Part shown: positions 8,693 through 18,637 of the stretch, piece after piece
Layout: each line of letters opens with the position of its first letter
How positions within the stretch are numbered: position 1 is the stretch's first letter
From: Halalkalibacterium halodurans
GTDB lineage: Bacteria; Bacillota; Bacilli; Bacillales; Bacillaceae_D
Length of the DNA stretch: 32,000 nt
Reading direction: 5' to 3'
Assembly (NCBI RefSeq): GCF_004376175.1
Contig: NZ_SNUY01000002.1
Coordinates: 73,051-105,050, forward strand
Made by a program: the position numbers and the translations under genes
Notes under the pieces: generated by a model
Told to the model about the DNA's origin: nothing
Seen by the model: the letters and a program-made list of their open reading frames with translations, nothing else
The model's database searches: none

Positions 8693-9838
8693 ATGAACTT
8701 TGAGTTGACGAAAGAGCAACAAATGGTGCGAGACATGGTTCGCGATTTTGCGGAGAACGAAATTGCACCTAACGCAATTCATTACGATAAGACGGCTCAG
8801 TTTCCTGAGGATGTTTTTAAGAAAATGGGGGAGCTTGGCCTGTTAGGTATCCCTTTCCCTGAAGAGTATGGTGGATCAGGAGGCGATACCATTTCTTATG
8901 CCTTAGCGGTAGAAGAGGTGGGGAGAGCATGTGGAGGAACTGGGCTCAGCTATGCTGCTGCTGTATCTCTCGGCGCAAGTCCCATCTATTATTTTGGAAC
9001 GGAGCGACAAAAGCAAGAACATTTAGTGCCCCTTGCGACCGGTGAATCGCTCGGTTCTTTTGGATTGACCGAACCGAACGCTGGCTCAGATGCAGGTGGA
9101 ACGCGGACGAAGGCCGTCCTAGAGGGAGATGAATACGTAATAAATGGCGAGAAATGCTGGATCACCAATGCTGGTTATGCGCGGACGGTGATCGTAACGG
9201 CAGTAACAGGCAAAGATGAACGTGGCAAGCCGGTAATTTCTGCTCTCATCGTGCCGACAGGAATTGAAGGGTTCGCCATTTCTTGCAATTACGACAAAAT
9301 GGGCGTCAGGGCGTCGAATACGTGCGAACTTGTACTAGAGGATGTTCGCGTTCCAAAAGAGAATTTATTAGGAGATCCAACGAAAGGATTCAAGCAATTT
9401 TTATATACCCTTGATGGAGGGCGAATTTCCATCGGCGCGTTAGCGGTAGGGATCGCTCAAGCTGCTTTCGATCGAGCGCTCGCCTATGCCAACGAACGGA
9501 AGCAATTTGGTCAAAAAATATCAAGCTTTCAAGCGATTCAATTTAAGCTAGCAGACATGGCGATGGAAATTGAACTAGCGCGCAATATGGTGCTGAAGGC
9601 TGCCTGGTTAAAAGATCAAAAGAAACCGTTTACAAAAGAAGCGGCTTATGCGAAATTATACGCGTCAGAAACAGCGATGCGCACAGCCAATCAAGCGATC
9701 CAAATTCATGGGGGCTACGGCTACATGCAAGAGTATGAGGTGGAGCGAATGCTTCGCGATGCCAAACTACTCGAAATTGGCGAAGGAACGTCAGAAATTC
9801 AACGAATGGTCATTGCAAGACAGCTAGGATGTCGCTAA
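8693..9838 (+). CDS. yngJ: Acyl-CoA dehydrogenase (isovaleryl-CoA dehydrogenase-type)
   Basis: ACAD family marks: GLTEPNAGSDAGG, WITNAG, and the C-terminal catalytic region IHGGYGYMQEYEVERMLRDAKLLEIGEGTSEIQR. It is the first gene of a yng-like operon. RBS gggggag lies upstream. Confidence 0.9.
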   Translation: MNFELTKEQQMVRDMVRDFAENEIAPNAIHYDKTAQFPEDVFKKMGELGLLGIPFPEEYGGSGGDTISYALAVEEVGRACGGTGLSYAAAVSLGASPIYYFGTERQKQEHLVPLATGESLGSFGLTEPNAGSDAGGTRTKAVLEGDEYVINGEKCWITNAGYARTVIVTAVTGKDERGKPVISALIVPTGIEGFAISCNYDKMGVRASNTCELVLEDVRVPKENLLGDPTKGFKQFLYTLDGGRISIGALAVGIAQAAFDRALAYANERKQFGQKISSFQAIQFKLADMAMEIELARNMVLKAAWLKDQKKPFTKEAAYAKLYASETAMRTANQAIQIHGGYGYMQEYEVERMLRDAKLLEIGEGTSEIQRMVIARQLGCR

Positions 9839-9870
9839 CAAGATGAAAATAATCTGTTAGGAGGACGCCG

Positions 9871-11511
9871 ATGTCAGAGCGATTACAAGTAACCGTTGGA
9901 GCGTTGTTAGAAAAGGTGGCTAAAAGACAACCGACCCATGAGGCGCTTGTTTACCCAGACCGAGGGTTACGCTATTCATATGAACAGTTTCTTAGCAAAT
10001 GCCAACAAGCAGCAAAAGGATTGATGAAACTAGGCATTGAACGGGGAGAGCATGTCGCCATATGGGCAACGAATGTGCCTGAATGGGTGATCACCCAATT
10101 TGCGACGGGAACAATGGGAGCCGTTCTCGTGACAGTTAATACGAATTATCGAACGAGTGAGCTCAAATACTTGTTGAAGCAGTCAGACGCTACGACTCTC
10201 CTTTTAATTGACGGCTATCGCGATGCATCATATGTAGAAATGCTTTATGAAATTCTCCCAGAACTTAAAACGTCAGAGCCAGGGGCGTGTTATTCGAAAA
10301 AACTGCCTCATCTGAGACGCGTCATTCATTTAGGGGAAGAGCGATATCCAGGAATGTATACGTGGGAGGATGTGCTGAACCTAGGGACCGAGGTAACCAA
10401 TGACGAGTTGGCTGAGCGGAGCGCCTCCCTGGACCCTGATGATGTGATAAATATGCAATATACGTCTGGGACGACGGGATTTCCTAAAGGAGTCATGCTC
10501 ACGCACAACAACATCGTCAACAATGCCCGAAACATTGCCGAATGTATGAAGCTGACGAACGAAGATCGGCTCTGCATTCCAGTTCCGTTTTTTCATTGCT
10601 TTGGCTGTGTCCTTGGCACGCTCGCATGTGTGTCGGTTGGCGCCACGATGGTACCAGTTCAAGAGTTTAATCCTACACGTGTGCTGCAAGCGGTTGAAGC
10701 GGAAAAATGCACCGGATTACATGGGGTACCGACAATGTTTATTGCAGAATTAAACGACGATGATTTTATGAACTATGATTTATCCCATTTGCGGACAGGA
10801 ATTATGGCGGGTTCGAATTGTCCAATTGAAGTGATGAAAGCCGTTATCGAAAAAATGGGGATGTCTGATATTACGATTGCTTACGGGCAGACGGAAACGT
10901 CACCAGTAATAACCCAGACACGGGTTGATGATCCGATCGAACTCCGCGTGCAAACCGTAGGCCGTCCCTTACCGAATGTAGAAGTGAAAATTGTGGAGCC
11001 TGGCACAGAAAAAGAAGTGGCACCAGGGGTCCAAGGGGAATTGTGCACCCGAGGCTATCATGTGATGAAAGGCTACTATAAAAACCAACAAGCTACGCGA
11101 GAAGTGATCAAAGAAGATGGCTGGCTTCATACAGGGGATTTAGCCGTTATGGACGAGGCTGGCTATTGCCGAATTACTGGCAGGTTAAAAGATATGATTA
11201 TTCGCGGTGGGGAAAACATTTACCCAAGGGAAATTGAAGAGTTCTTATACCAGCATCCTGATATTCTCGATGCCCAAGTGGTCGGAGTCCCTGACGAAAA
11301 ATACGGGGAAGCAGTATCGGCATGGATTAAATTGAAGCCTGGTGTGAGCGTGACGTCAGAAGAAATTCGTGATTTTTGCCAAGGGAAGGTGGCTCATTAC
11401 AAAATCCCACGCTATATAGAATTTGTTGATGATTATCCGATGACAGCTTCTGGGAAAGTTCAAAAATTTAAATTGCGACAAATGGCAGAACAGATTTTTC
11501 AAAAAGGGTGA
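9871..11511 (+). CDS. yngI: AMP-forming acyl-CoA synthetase/ligase (short/medium-chain fatty acid-CoA ligase)
   Basis: Contains the AMP-binding motif [17 protein letters not shown], plus [26 protein letters not shown] and the terminal [12 protein letters not shown] aggagg lies upstream. Confidence 0.9.
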   Translation: MSERLQVTVGALLEKVAKRQPTHEALVYPDRGLRYSYEQFLSKCQQAAKGLMKLGIERGEHVAIWATNVPEWVITQFATGTMGAVLVTVNTNYRTSELKYLLKQSDATTLLLIDGYRDASYVEMLYEILPELKTSEPGACYSKKLPHLRRVIHLGEERYPGMYTWEDVLNLGTEVTNDELAERSASLDPDDVINMQYTSGTTGFPKGVMLTHNNIVNNARNIAECMKLTNEDRLCIPVPFFHCFGCVLGTLACVSVGATMVPVQEFNPTRVLQAVEAEKCTGLHGVPTMFIAELNDDDFMNYDLSHLRTGIMAGSNCPIEVMKAVIEKMGMSDITIAYGQTETSPVITQTRVDDPIELRVQTVGRPLPNVEVKIVEPGTEKEVAPGVQGELCTRGYHVMKGYYKNQQATREVIKEDGWLHTGDLAVMDEAGYCRITGRLKDMIIRGGENIYPREIEEFLYQHPDILDAQVVGVPDEKYGEAVSAWIKLKPGVSVTSEEIRDFCQGKVAHYKIPRYIEFVDDYPMTASGKVQKFKLRQMAEQIFQKG

Positions 11512-11517
11512 AGGCTT

Positions 11518-12876
11518 ATGTTTAAAAAGGTGCTTATTGCCAATCGAGGTGAGATTGCGGTTCGCATCATCCGGACGTGTCAAAAGTTAAACATTCGCAC
11601 CGTTGCTATTTATTCAGAGGCGGATGTAGATTCTCTTCATGTCAAACATGCAGATGAAGCTTTTCTCATTGGGAAGCCTCCTGTTGCCGAAAGCTACTTA
11701 AAGGTAGACACGATTTTAGAAGTGGCAAAGCAAGCAGACGTGGACGCCATTCATCCAGGCTACGGGTTGTTATCGGAAAACGCTCGTTTTGCTAGGGCAT
11801 GTGTTGAAGCAGGAATAGCGTTCATTGGTCCCTCACCTGAAGTCATTGAAAGAATGGGGAGCAAAATTGCTGCAAGAACCGCGATGCAAACTGCGGGTGT
11901 TCCCGTCATTCCGGGTTCCGATGTGGCGCTAGCCGATGAAGAGGAAGCAGTACATCTTGCTCACAAGTTTGGTTATCCAGTCATGCTTAAAGCCTCTGCA
12001 GGCGGTGGTGGTATCGGCATGCAGCTCGTCAGAAATGATGAGGAAATGAGAAAAGCATTCGCTGGCAATCAAAAACGGGCGACAAGCTTTTTCGGAGATG
12101 GGACGATGTTTTTAGAAAAGGCGGTTGAAAACCCGCGGCACATTGAAGTGCAAATCGCCGCAGACCATCATGGCCACGTCGTTCATTTATGGGAACGGGA
12201 TTGTTCGATCCAACGCCGCCATCAAAAAGTAGTCGAGGAAGCACCGTCACCGTTCGTAGACGAGGCACTTAGGGAAAAAATCGGTCAGCTCGCTGTCAAG
12301 GCTGCAAAAGCGATCGATTATAGGAACCTCGGAACGGTGGAATGTCTCGTAGACGGGGAGAAGAACATTTACTTTTTAGAGATGAACACCCGTCTGCAAG
12401 TAGAGCACCCCGTGACAGAGGAAATTACCGGAATCGATCTCGTGGAATGGCAACTATTGATTGCAGCAGGTGAACAACTACCCTACGCCCAACATGAGAT
12501 TCCATTGCAAGGGCACGCGATTGAAGTGCGGATCTATGCAGAAGACCCAGTGACCTTTTTTCCGTCACCAGGGATGATTAAACGATTTACGCTGCCGGAA
12601 GGGGAAGGGATTCGTCACGAGTATGCCATTTCAGAAGGGTATAAAGTGACACCGTTTTACGACCCGATGGTAGCGAAATTGATTGTATCAGCAGACACGC
12701 GGGGAGAAGCGATTCAGCGACTAGACAGAGCACTCAAGCAATATGAGATCGAAGGAATCAAAACGAATATTCCGATGCTAAAGCAAGTGATCAACCATCC
12801 AGTGTTTCAAGCAGGAGAAGCAACAACGGCATTTGTAACCAATCATCTTAAAGTGAAAACAGGGAGGAATCCATAA
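11518..12876 (+). CDS. yngH: Biotin carboxylase subunit (ATP-grasp) of an acyl-CoA (3-methylcrotonyl-CoA) carboxylase
   Basis: Begins MFKKVLIANRGEIAVRIIRT. Also has HPGYGLLSEN, the Gly loop KASAGGGGIGMQ, and EMNTRLQVEHPVTE. It lacks a fused biotinyl domain and ends 1 nt into the next ORF (TAATG). Confidence 0.95.
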   Translation: MFKKVLIANRGEIAVRIIRTCQKLNIRTVAIYSEADVDSLHVKHADEAFLIGKPPVAESYLKVDTILEVAKQADVDAIHPGYGLLSENARFARACVEAGIAFIGPSPEVIERMGSKIAARTAMQTAGVPVIPGSDVALADEEEAVHLAHKFGYPVMLKASAGGGGIGMQLVRNDEEMRKAFAGNQKRATSFFGDGTMFLEKAVENPRHIEVQIAADHHGHVVHLWERDCSIQRRHQKVVEEAPSPFVDEALREKIGQLAVKAAKAIDYRNLGTVECLVDGEKNIYFLEMNTRLQVEHPVTEEITGIDLVEWQLLIAAGEQLPYAQHEIPLQGHAIEVRIYAEDPVTFFPSPGMIKRFTLPEGEGIRHEYAISEGYKVTPFYDPMVAKLIVSADTRGEAIQRLDRALKQYEIEGIKTNIPMLKQVINHPVFQAGEATTAFVTNHLKVKTGRNP

Positions 12877-13088
12877 TGGCAAAAATCGAAACCAATATGG
12901 CAGGTAACGTATGGAAAATACTTGTGAAAGAGGGAGATCAAGTAGAGGCAGGGCAAGAAGTGGCCATTCTTGAGTCGATGAAAATGGAGATTCCCGTGGA
13001 AGCTGCGAGCGGTGGAACAGTAAAAAGCGTATTGAAGCAAGAAGGAGAATTTATCGATGAGGGGGAAGCCCTCCTTGAACTCGAGTAA
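12876..13088 (+). CDS. yngHB: Stand-alone biotin carboxyl carrier protein (biotinyl domain only)
   Basis: This 70-aa lipoyl/biotinyl-attachment fold has the biotinylation motif LESMKMEIPV (Lys codon at 12981-12983). Its start ATG overlaps the biotin carboxylase stop. Confidence 0.9.
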   Translation: MAKIETNMAGNVWKILVKEGDQVEAGQEVAILESMKMEIPVEAASGGTVKSVLKQEGEFIDEGEALLELE

Positions 13089-13986
13089 AAAAGTATCCAT
13101 TCGGGAAGTAGGACCGCGGGATGGCCTGCAAAATGAGTCAACATGGATCGATACAGAGCAGAAAATCGAGTGGATCAATCATTTAAGTCGCACGGGACTT
13201 CCTTACATCGAAGTGAGCTCCTTCGTTCATCCAAAATGGATTCCCGCTTTAGCGGATGCAGAGGAGGTGCTTGCTCGTATTGACCGAGTGGACGGTGTCA
13301 CATATGCGGCCCTAGTACCGAATGAAAAAGGGTTGGAGCGAGCCCTTCGAGCGGGGGTAGATGAGGTAGCCATCTTCATGTCAGCGACGGAAACGCACAA
13401 TCGAAAAAATATAAACAAATCAATCGCTGACACGCTACCTGTTTTAAAAAATGTAACTCGAATCGCAAAACAGGAAGGAAAGTCAGTGCGTGGCTATTTA
13501 TCGACCGTATTTGGTTGCCCCTATGAAGGGACGACAGAGCAAACGAAATTGCTGCAAACGGTAGAAGCGCTTATGACGATGGGGATAGATGAATTATCAC
13601 TTGGCGATACGATTGGAGTTGCTACCCCGAACTTGGTGGAAGCGGTCGTCAGTGAAGTGACAAAGCTCGTCCCAACCGAAAAAATGGCTCTTCATCTCCA
13701 TGATACGAAAGGAATGGCGATTGCGAATATCGCGTGCGGTTTGCGCACAGGGGTTAGAAAGTTTGACAGCTCGGTTGGTGGTTTAGGTGGCTGTCCATAT
13801 GCCCCAGGAGCAGCGGGGAATGTGGCAACGGAAGATTTGCTTTACCTACTTCATGGTCTCGGCTACGAAACAGACGTATCCTTGAATGAAATCATGAAGG
13901 CAGGTGCCTATATCCAAGAGAAGCTCGACAAACCGTTGCCAAGTCATAACTTGCAATCGTTTTTAGCAAAGGAGGGGTCGGTGTGA
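13057..13986 (+). CDS. yngG: Hydroxymethylglutaryl-CoA lyase
   Basis: Motifs are IREVGPRDGLQNE, LGDTIGVATP, HLHDTKGMAIAN and GLGGCPYAPGAAGNVATEDL. ATG 13057 has RBS gaaggag 9 nt upstream and overlaps the BCCP gene by 32 nt. An alternative in-frame TTG at 13075 follows gaggggg. Confidence 0.9.
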   Translation: MRGKPSLNSSKKVSIREVGPRDGLQNESTWIDTEQKIEWINHLSRTGLPYIEVSSFVHPKWIPALADAEEVLARIDRVDGVTYAALVPNEKGLERALRAGVDEVAIFMSATETHNRKNINKSIADTLPVLKNVTRIAKQEGKSVRGYLSTVFGCPYEGTTEQTKLLQTVEALMTMGIDELSLGDTIGVATPNLVEAVVSEVTKLVPTEKMALHLHDTKGMAIANIACGLRTGVRKFDSSVGGLGGCPYAPGAAGNVATEDLLYLLHGLGYETDVSLNEIMKAGAYIQEKLDKPLPSHNLQSFLAKEGSV

Positions 13987-14765
13987 GTGAAACCGTGGGA
14001 GTCGAAATGCTGTCCAGCGGGGTGTGTAAAGTAACGCTTATCAGGCCAGAGGCTGCCAACGCCCTATCCGTTCAACTGCTTGAAAAATTAAAGGATACGC
14101 TGGAAGCATTGGCATTTCAGAAGGAGGTCCGAGCTGTTGTCTTTACAGGAGCTGGCGATAAAGTGTTTTGTGCTGGGGCGGATTTAAAGGAGCGACGGAC
14201 GATGGAGGAAGAAGAGGTGAGACGCACCGTCGCCCTAATTGGAGAGACAATTGAGAAAGTCGCCAAACTTCCACAACCTACCATTGCGGCAATGAACGGC
14301 ACTGCTCTTGGGGGGGGGCTGGAACTTGCGCTCGCATGCGACCTTCGCGTAGCGGCAGAGGAAAGTGTTTATGGTTTACCAGAGACGACGCTTGCGATCA
14401 TTCCAGGAGCAGGGGGAACGCAACGATTACCGAGGTTAATTGGAGTCGGCCGGGCGAAAGAGATGATTTTCACTGGAAAACGAATCACAGGAGCAGAAGC
14501 GTATTTGATCGGGTTAGCGCAATACGCTTGTCCCCTTGCAAAAGTAGAGACACTCGCCTTAGATCTGGCAAAACAAATGAGCGCCAATGGACCGATTGCA
14601 CTGGCTCAAGCGAAGAAGGCAATTGACAATGGAATAGAGACGGATCTTGCAACAGGACTTGAACTAGAAAAGTTGGCGTATGAGCGCACAATTTCAACGA
14701 AGGATCGGCTTGAAGGATTAGAGGCCTTTAAAGAAAAGAGAAAGCCACAATACATAGGGGAATAG
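13983..14765 (+). CDS. yngF: Enoyl-CoA hydratase/crotonase family (3-methylglutaconyl-CoA hydratase-type)
   Basis: Crotonase motifs are FCAGADLKER, GTALGGGLELALACDLR and GLPETTLAIIPGAGGTQRL. The GTG start overlaps the upstream stop (GTGA), and RBS aaggagggg lies upstream. Confidence 0.9.
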   Translation: MSETVGVEMLSSGVCKVTLIRPEAANALSVQLLEKLKDTLEALAFQKEVRAVVFTGAGDKVFCAGADLKERRTMEEEEVRRTVALIGETIEKVAKLPQPTIAAMNGTALGGGLELALACDLRVAAEESVYGLPETTLAIIPGAGGTQRLPRLIGVGRAKEMIFTGKRITGAEAYLIGLAQYACPLAKVETLALDLAKQMSANGPIALAQAKKAIDNGIETDLATGLELEKLAYERTISTKDRLEGLEAFKEKRKPQYIGE

Positions 14766-14776
14766 GAGGGGATTCC

Positions 14777-16291
14777 ATGTTTGAAGAAACAGTTGAAAAA
14801 CTCAAACGAGGTGGTAGTGAAAAGTATCATGAAGCGAATCAGCAAAAAGGAAAGCTGTTTGCTCGTAAACGATTAGAGCTTCTATTTGACGACGGGCTGG
14901 CAGCTGAGGATGGCTTGTTTGCAAACTGTCAGGTGGACGGCTTGCCTGCCGATGGTGTCATTACAGGCATTGGAAAGATTAATGGGCAGACCGTCTGCGT
15001 CATGGCCAATGATTCAACGGTGAAAGCAGGGTCATGGGGAGCCAGAACGGTTGAAAAAATAATCCGTATTCAAGAAACAGCAGAAAAATTAAATGTGCCG
15101 ATGCTCTATTTAGTCGATTCAGCAGGGGCGAGAATTACAGATCAAGTGGAGATGTTCCCAGGGCGAAGAGGAGCAGGTCGAATTTTTTACAATCAAGTAA
15201 AACTGTCTGGGCGAGTTCCACAAGTGTGCATTCTGTTCGGTCCATCTGCTGCTGGAGGTGCGTACATTCCTGCTTTTTGTGATGTCGTCATCATGGTGGA
15301 TGGAAATGCGTCCATGTATCTTGGCTCACCGCGGATGGCGGAAATGGTCATCGGCGAAAAGGTGAGTCTTGAAGAGATGGGTGGTGCGAAAATGCATTGC
15401 TCTGTGTCAGGCTGTGGTGATATTCTCGCTCCATCTGAGGAGGAAGCCATCGGACTTGCCCGTGATTACTTACGCTATTTTCCGAGCAGTTATTCAAAGC
15501 GACCACCGATAGAGGATGGAAGAGAGCCGAAATCGTTTACCAAAACCATTGAGGAGATTTTGCCCAAAAACCAAAATGCTCCTTTTAATATGTATGACTT
15601 AATTGACCGGGTGATCGACGAGGATTCCTTCTTTGAAATTAAGAAGCTTTTTGCTCCTGAGCTTATTACCGGACTTGCCCGAATCGATGGAAAGCCGATC
15701 GGGATCATCGCCAATCAACCAAAAATGAAAGGTGGTGTATTGTTCCACGATTCTGCAGATAAAGCGGCGAAATTTATTACCCTTTGCGATGCCTATCACA
15801 TTCCGCTCCTCTTTTTGGCGGACATCCCAGGCTTTATGATTGGAACGAAGGTGGAGCGGGCAGGAATTATTCGACATGGGGCGAAAATGATCTCGGCCAT
15901 GTCAGAAGCGACGGTTCCCAAAATCTCGATCATCGTACGCAAAGCTTATGGGGCAGGGCTATATGCGATGGCAGGCCCTGCGTTTGAACCGGATGTCTGC
16001 CTTGCGTTCCCGAACGCACAAATTGCGGTAATGGGCCCAGAAGCGGCTGTTAATGCAGTGTATGCCAATAAGATTGCCGAGCTGCCGGAAGAGGAACGTG
16101 CGGCATTTATCGCAGAAAAGCGTGAGGAATATAAGCAGGATATTGATGTGTACCGACTCGCCTCTGAACTCGTGATTGATGGGATCATCCAAGGGAATCA
16201 GCTGCGAGAAGAGTTAAAAACCCGTTTGACCGCATATGCTTCAAAAGAATTAACATTTACTACACGAAAGCATCCCGTATATCCAGTTTAA
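14777..16291 (+). CDS. yngE: Carboxyltransferase (beta) subunit of 3-methylcrotonyl-CoA/propionyl-CoA carboxylase family
   Basis: Acyl-CoA carboxylase beta family marks: ANDSTVKAGSWG, FGPSAAGGAYIPAFCD, and the second half-domain FLADIPGFMIGTKVERAGIIRHGAKM. RBS aggagggg lies upstream. Confidence 0.92.
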   Translation: MFEETVEKLKRGGSEKYHEANQQKGKLFARKRLELLFDDGLAAEDGLFANCQVDGLPADGVITGIGKINGQTVCVMANDSTVKAGSWGARTVEKIIRIQETAEKLNVPMLYLVDSAGARITDQVEMFPGRRGAGRIFYNQVKLSGRVPQVCILFGPSAAGGAYIPAFCDVVIMVDGNASMYLGSPRMAEMVIGEKVSLEEMGGAKMHCSVSGCGDILAPSEEEAIGLARDYLRYFPSSYSKRPPIEDGREPKSFTKTIEEILPKNQNAPFNMYDLIDRVIDEDSFFEIKKLFAPELITGLARIDGKPIGIIANQPKMKGGVLFHDSADKAAKFITLCDAYHIPLLFLADIPGFMIGTKVERAGIIRHGAKMISAMSEATVPKISIIVRKAYGAGLYAMAGPAFEPDVCLAFPNAQIAVMGPEAAVNAVYANKIAELPEEERAAFIAEKREEYKQDIDVYRLASELVIDGIIQGNQLREELKTRLTAYASKELTFTTRKHPVYPV

Positions 16292-16312
16292 AAAAGGAGA
16301 GGGGGGAGTACG

Positions 16313-18259
16313 GTGACAGCGCCTGTCTGGTTTCCATCGGATGCTTACAAAGAGCAAACGAGATTGTATCAATGGATGAAAACGCTCGGCTATTCGTCCT
16401 ATGACGATTTTTATCAACGTTCGATTGACGACATTGCTTGGTTTTGGCGGGAAGTGGAGCGGGAGCTAGACATTCCATGGATGAAGCCTTATGATCATGT
16501 CCTTGCAATGGAGAAAGGGCCTGCCTGGCCTGAATGGTTTATCGGTGGCAAATTAAATGTGACGGAAGCAGCCGTGGAAAAATGGGCGAATGATCCAAAG
16601 ACCGCAAATAAAACGGCGATCGTCTGGGAAGGGGAAGAAGGAAAGACTTCCTTGCTATCGTTTGCAGCCCTTGATGAGGCGGTGAAACGTGCAGCCCATG
16701 GCTTAAAACAGCATGGAGTCAAAAAAGGAGATGTGTTCGCCTTATACATGCCGATGATTCCTGAGACGGTGATTGCCATGCTGGCTGTTGCCAAGCTCGG
16801 AGCAATCTTCACGCCGATTTTTTCTGGTTATGGTGCAGAGGCGATCGCTACGAGACTACGCGCTTCTGGAGCGAAATGGCTCATAACAGTAGATGGCTGT
16901 TACCGGCGAGGCAAGCTGATTGATATGAGGCAAGAGGCGGAGAAAGCACTTGCTGACGCGCCGAATGTCCAATCAATTGCCGTTGTGGAGCGGGTCGGCA
17001 CGTTAACATCTTATGGTGCCAACGATATACGCTGGACTGAGCTTATGACCTATGCTCCGCTCCAAGAAACGGCAGCGATGAATTCGGCAGATCCCTTAAT
17101 GCTTATTTATACTTCCGGGACAACTGGACGGCCAAAAGGAGCGGTTCATACGCATAGTGGCTTCCCAATTAAAGCGGCGTTCGATGCAGGAATTGGCATG
17201 GATTTACGAAAAGAGGACACGCTTTTTTGGCTGACAGATATGGGATGGATGATGGGCCCGTTTCTTGTGTTTGCTGGTTTGATCAATGGGGCAACCATTG
17301 TCCTTTACGACGGTGCTCCTGACTATCCGAATCATGACCGACTTTGGCAGCTTGTCGAACAAAAGCAAGTAAGTCATTTAGGTATTTCTCCGACATTAAT
17401 TCGCGCCATGATGAAGTACGGGACGGAACGAATGGCTGAGCATGATTTGTCTTGCTTAAAGGTGATTGGCTCTACGGGGGAGCCGTGGAACCCTGAGCCA
17501 TGGCATTGGCTGTTTGAACACGTCGGAAATAAACAGGTGCCTATCTTTAATTACTCCGGAGGGACGGAAATATCAGGTGGGATTTTAGGGAATGTACTCG
17601 TTCGACCGATTGGTCCGATTACGTTTAACTCAGCGATTCCAGGGATGGCAGCTGCTGTATATAACGAAAGTGGTGAAAAAGTAACCGCGGAAGTGGGGGA
17701 GCTTGTCCTAACAAAGCCTTGGGTCGGGATGACTAACGGCTTTTGGCAGGAGCCTGAACGGTTTCTCGAAACGTACTGGTCACGCTGGAGCAATACGTGG
17801 GTTCATGGAGATTGGGTCACTCTTGACGCGGATGGATTTTGGACGATAACCGGTCGATCAGATGATATTTTAAATGTAGCTGGCAAACGACTTGGACCGG
17901 CAGAAGTTGAGTCTGTCCTAGTCGGTCATAGTGCCGTCATTGAGGCTGGAACCATTGGGGTACCAGATGATGTGAAGGGTGAAGTGCCAATCTGTTTTGT
18001 TGTCATTGCCCCAAGTTTTTCTGAGAGTGACACATTAAGACACGAATTGATCCAGCTTGTCGGGACAAAGCTTGGAAAAGCATTGAAGCCAAAGGCAGTG
18101 TATTTTGTTTCCGATTTACCGAAGACACGAAATGCGAAGGTGATGCGCCGTGCGATACGGGCGGCCTTTTTGCAAAAGGAGGCAGGAGATTTATCCTCAC
18201 TTGAAAACGCTCATGTATTAAAAGAAATCGAAAGGTTAGGAACAAAGCAATCCTCATAG
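16313..18259 (+). CDS. Acetoacetyl-CoA synthetase-like AMP-forming ligase (acetyl-CoA synthetase superfamily)
   Basis: This 648-aa protein has an N-terminus (YSSYDDFYQRSIDDIAWFWREV...PEWFIGGKLNVTE) that follows the AACS/ACS N-domain pattern. The AMP motif is YTSGTTGRPKGAVHTH, and the C-terminus has LPKTRNAKVMRR. The GTG start follows aaaggagaggggg. The AACS rather than ACS/propionyl-CoA synthetase assignment is an inference from the N-terminal pattern and the operon context. Confidence 0.85.
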   Translation: MTAPVWFPSDAYKEQTRLYQWMKTLGYSSYDDFYQRSIDDIAWFWREVERELDIPWMKPYDHVLAMEKGPAWPEWFIGGKLNVTEAAVEKWANDPKTANKTAIVWEGEEGKTSLLSFAALDEAVKRAAHGLKQHGVKKGDVFALYMPMIPETVIAMLAVAKLGAIFTPIFSGYGAEAIATRLRASGAKWLITVDGCYRRGKLIDMRQEAEKALADAPNVQSIAVVERVGTLTSYGANDIRWTELMTYAPLQETAAMNSADPLMLIYTSGTTGRPKGAVHTHSGFPIKAAFDAGIGMDLRKEDTLFWLTDMGWMMGPFLVFAGLINGATIVLYDGAPDYPNHDRLWQLVEQKQVSHLGISPTLIRAMMKYGTERMAEHDLSCLKVIGSTGEPWNPEPWHWLFEHVGNKQVPIFNYSGGTEISGGILGNVLVRPIGPITFNSAIPGMAAAVYNESGEKVTAEVGELVLTKPWVGMTNGFWQEPERFLETYWSRWSNTWVHGDWVTLDADGFWTITGRSDDILNVAGKRLGPAEVESVLVGHSAVIEAGTIGVPDDVKGEVPICFVVIAPSFSESDTLRHELIQLVGTKLGKALKPKAVYFVSDLPKTRNAKVMRRAIRAAFLQKEAGDLSSLENAHVLKEIERLGTKQSS

Positions 18260-18279
18260 CTGCGAGGATTGCTTTTTTG
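18246..18279 (+). terminator. Rho-independent terminator of the 8-gene catabolic operon
   Basis: A perfect 10-bp stem, agcaatcctc / gaggattgct, with an 8-nt loop, followed by tttttt. The left arm overlaps the end of the coding sequence. Confidence 0.85.
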
Positions 18280-18364
18280 ATGTACGCAATAAGGATCATT
18301 TATGCACGAGTCCTTGTAGGCTTCGCTTAGTTAAAAATACCAATAAAAAATCGATTTATTTCGT

Positions 18365-18393
18365 ACATAACAGTGAAAAGCCGTTACAAACTA
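18365..18393 (+). promoter_or_regulatory. Candidate forespore (sigma-G/F-type) promoter of the SASP gene
   Basis: ACATA (18365-18369), 17 nt, then CAAACTA (18387-18393). This resembles the sigma-G consensus GnATA-17/18-CAtAcTA as I recall it, and is placed about 30 nt upstream of the RBS. Confidence 0.45.
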
Positions 18394-18421
18394 TGATTAC
18401 ATCGTCAAGGAGGTGATACAC

Positions 18422-18625
18422 ATGGCGAACAACAACTCAAACCAATTACTAGTACCTGGAGTGCAACAAGCACTTGATCAAATGAAAACAGAAATTGCTC
18501 AAGAATTTGGCGTTCAGCTTGGTGCTGACACAACTTCTCGTGCTAACGGTTCTGTAGGTGGAGAAATTACGAAACGTCTAGTTGCTATGGCTGAGCAACA
18601 ACTAGGTGGAGGATTCCAAAAATAA
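18422..18625 (+). CDS. sspB: Small acid-soluble spore protein, alpha/beta type
   Basis: [54 protein letters not shown] closely resembles the B. subtilis SspA/SspB core as I recall it, including the GPR cleavage region and the DNA-binding motif. The start is moved to ATG 18422, 6 nt after aaggaggtg. The sspB symbol rests on synteny with yheE and is less certain than the family call. Confidence 0.93.
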   Translation: MANNNSNQLLVPGVQQALDQMKTEIAQEFGVQLGADTTSRANGSVGGEITKRLVAMAEQQLGGGFQK

Positions 18626-18637
18626 TAGCATGGCTAT

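Noticed and set aside
1356-16812. Many 60-115-aa ORFs antisense to or out of frame within the ABC, aminotransferase, NSS, yng-operon and ligase genes (for example 1356..1613, 3675..3974, 4368..4715, 10381..10689, 12843..13178, 14336..14626, 15599..15877, 16495..16812)
   Set aside because: All are fully embedded in long ORFs with strong family signatures. None has a recognisable motif or RBS. They are shadow ORFs.
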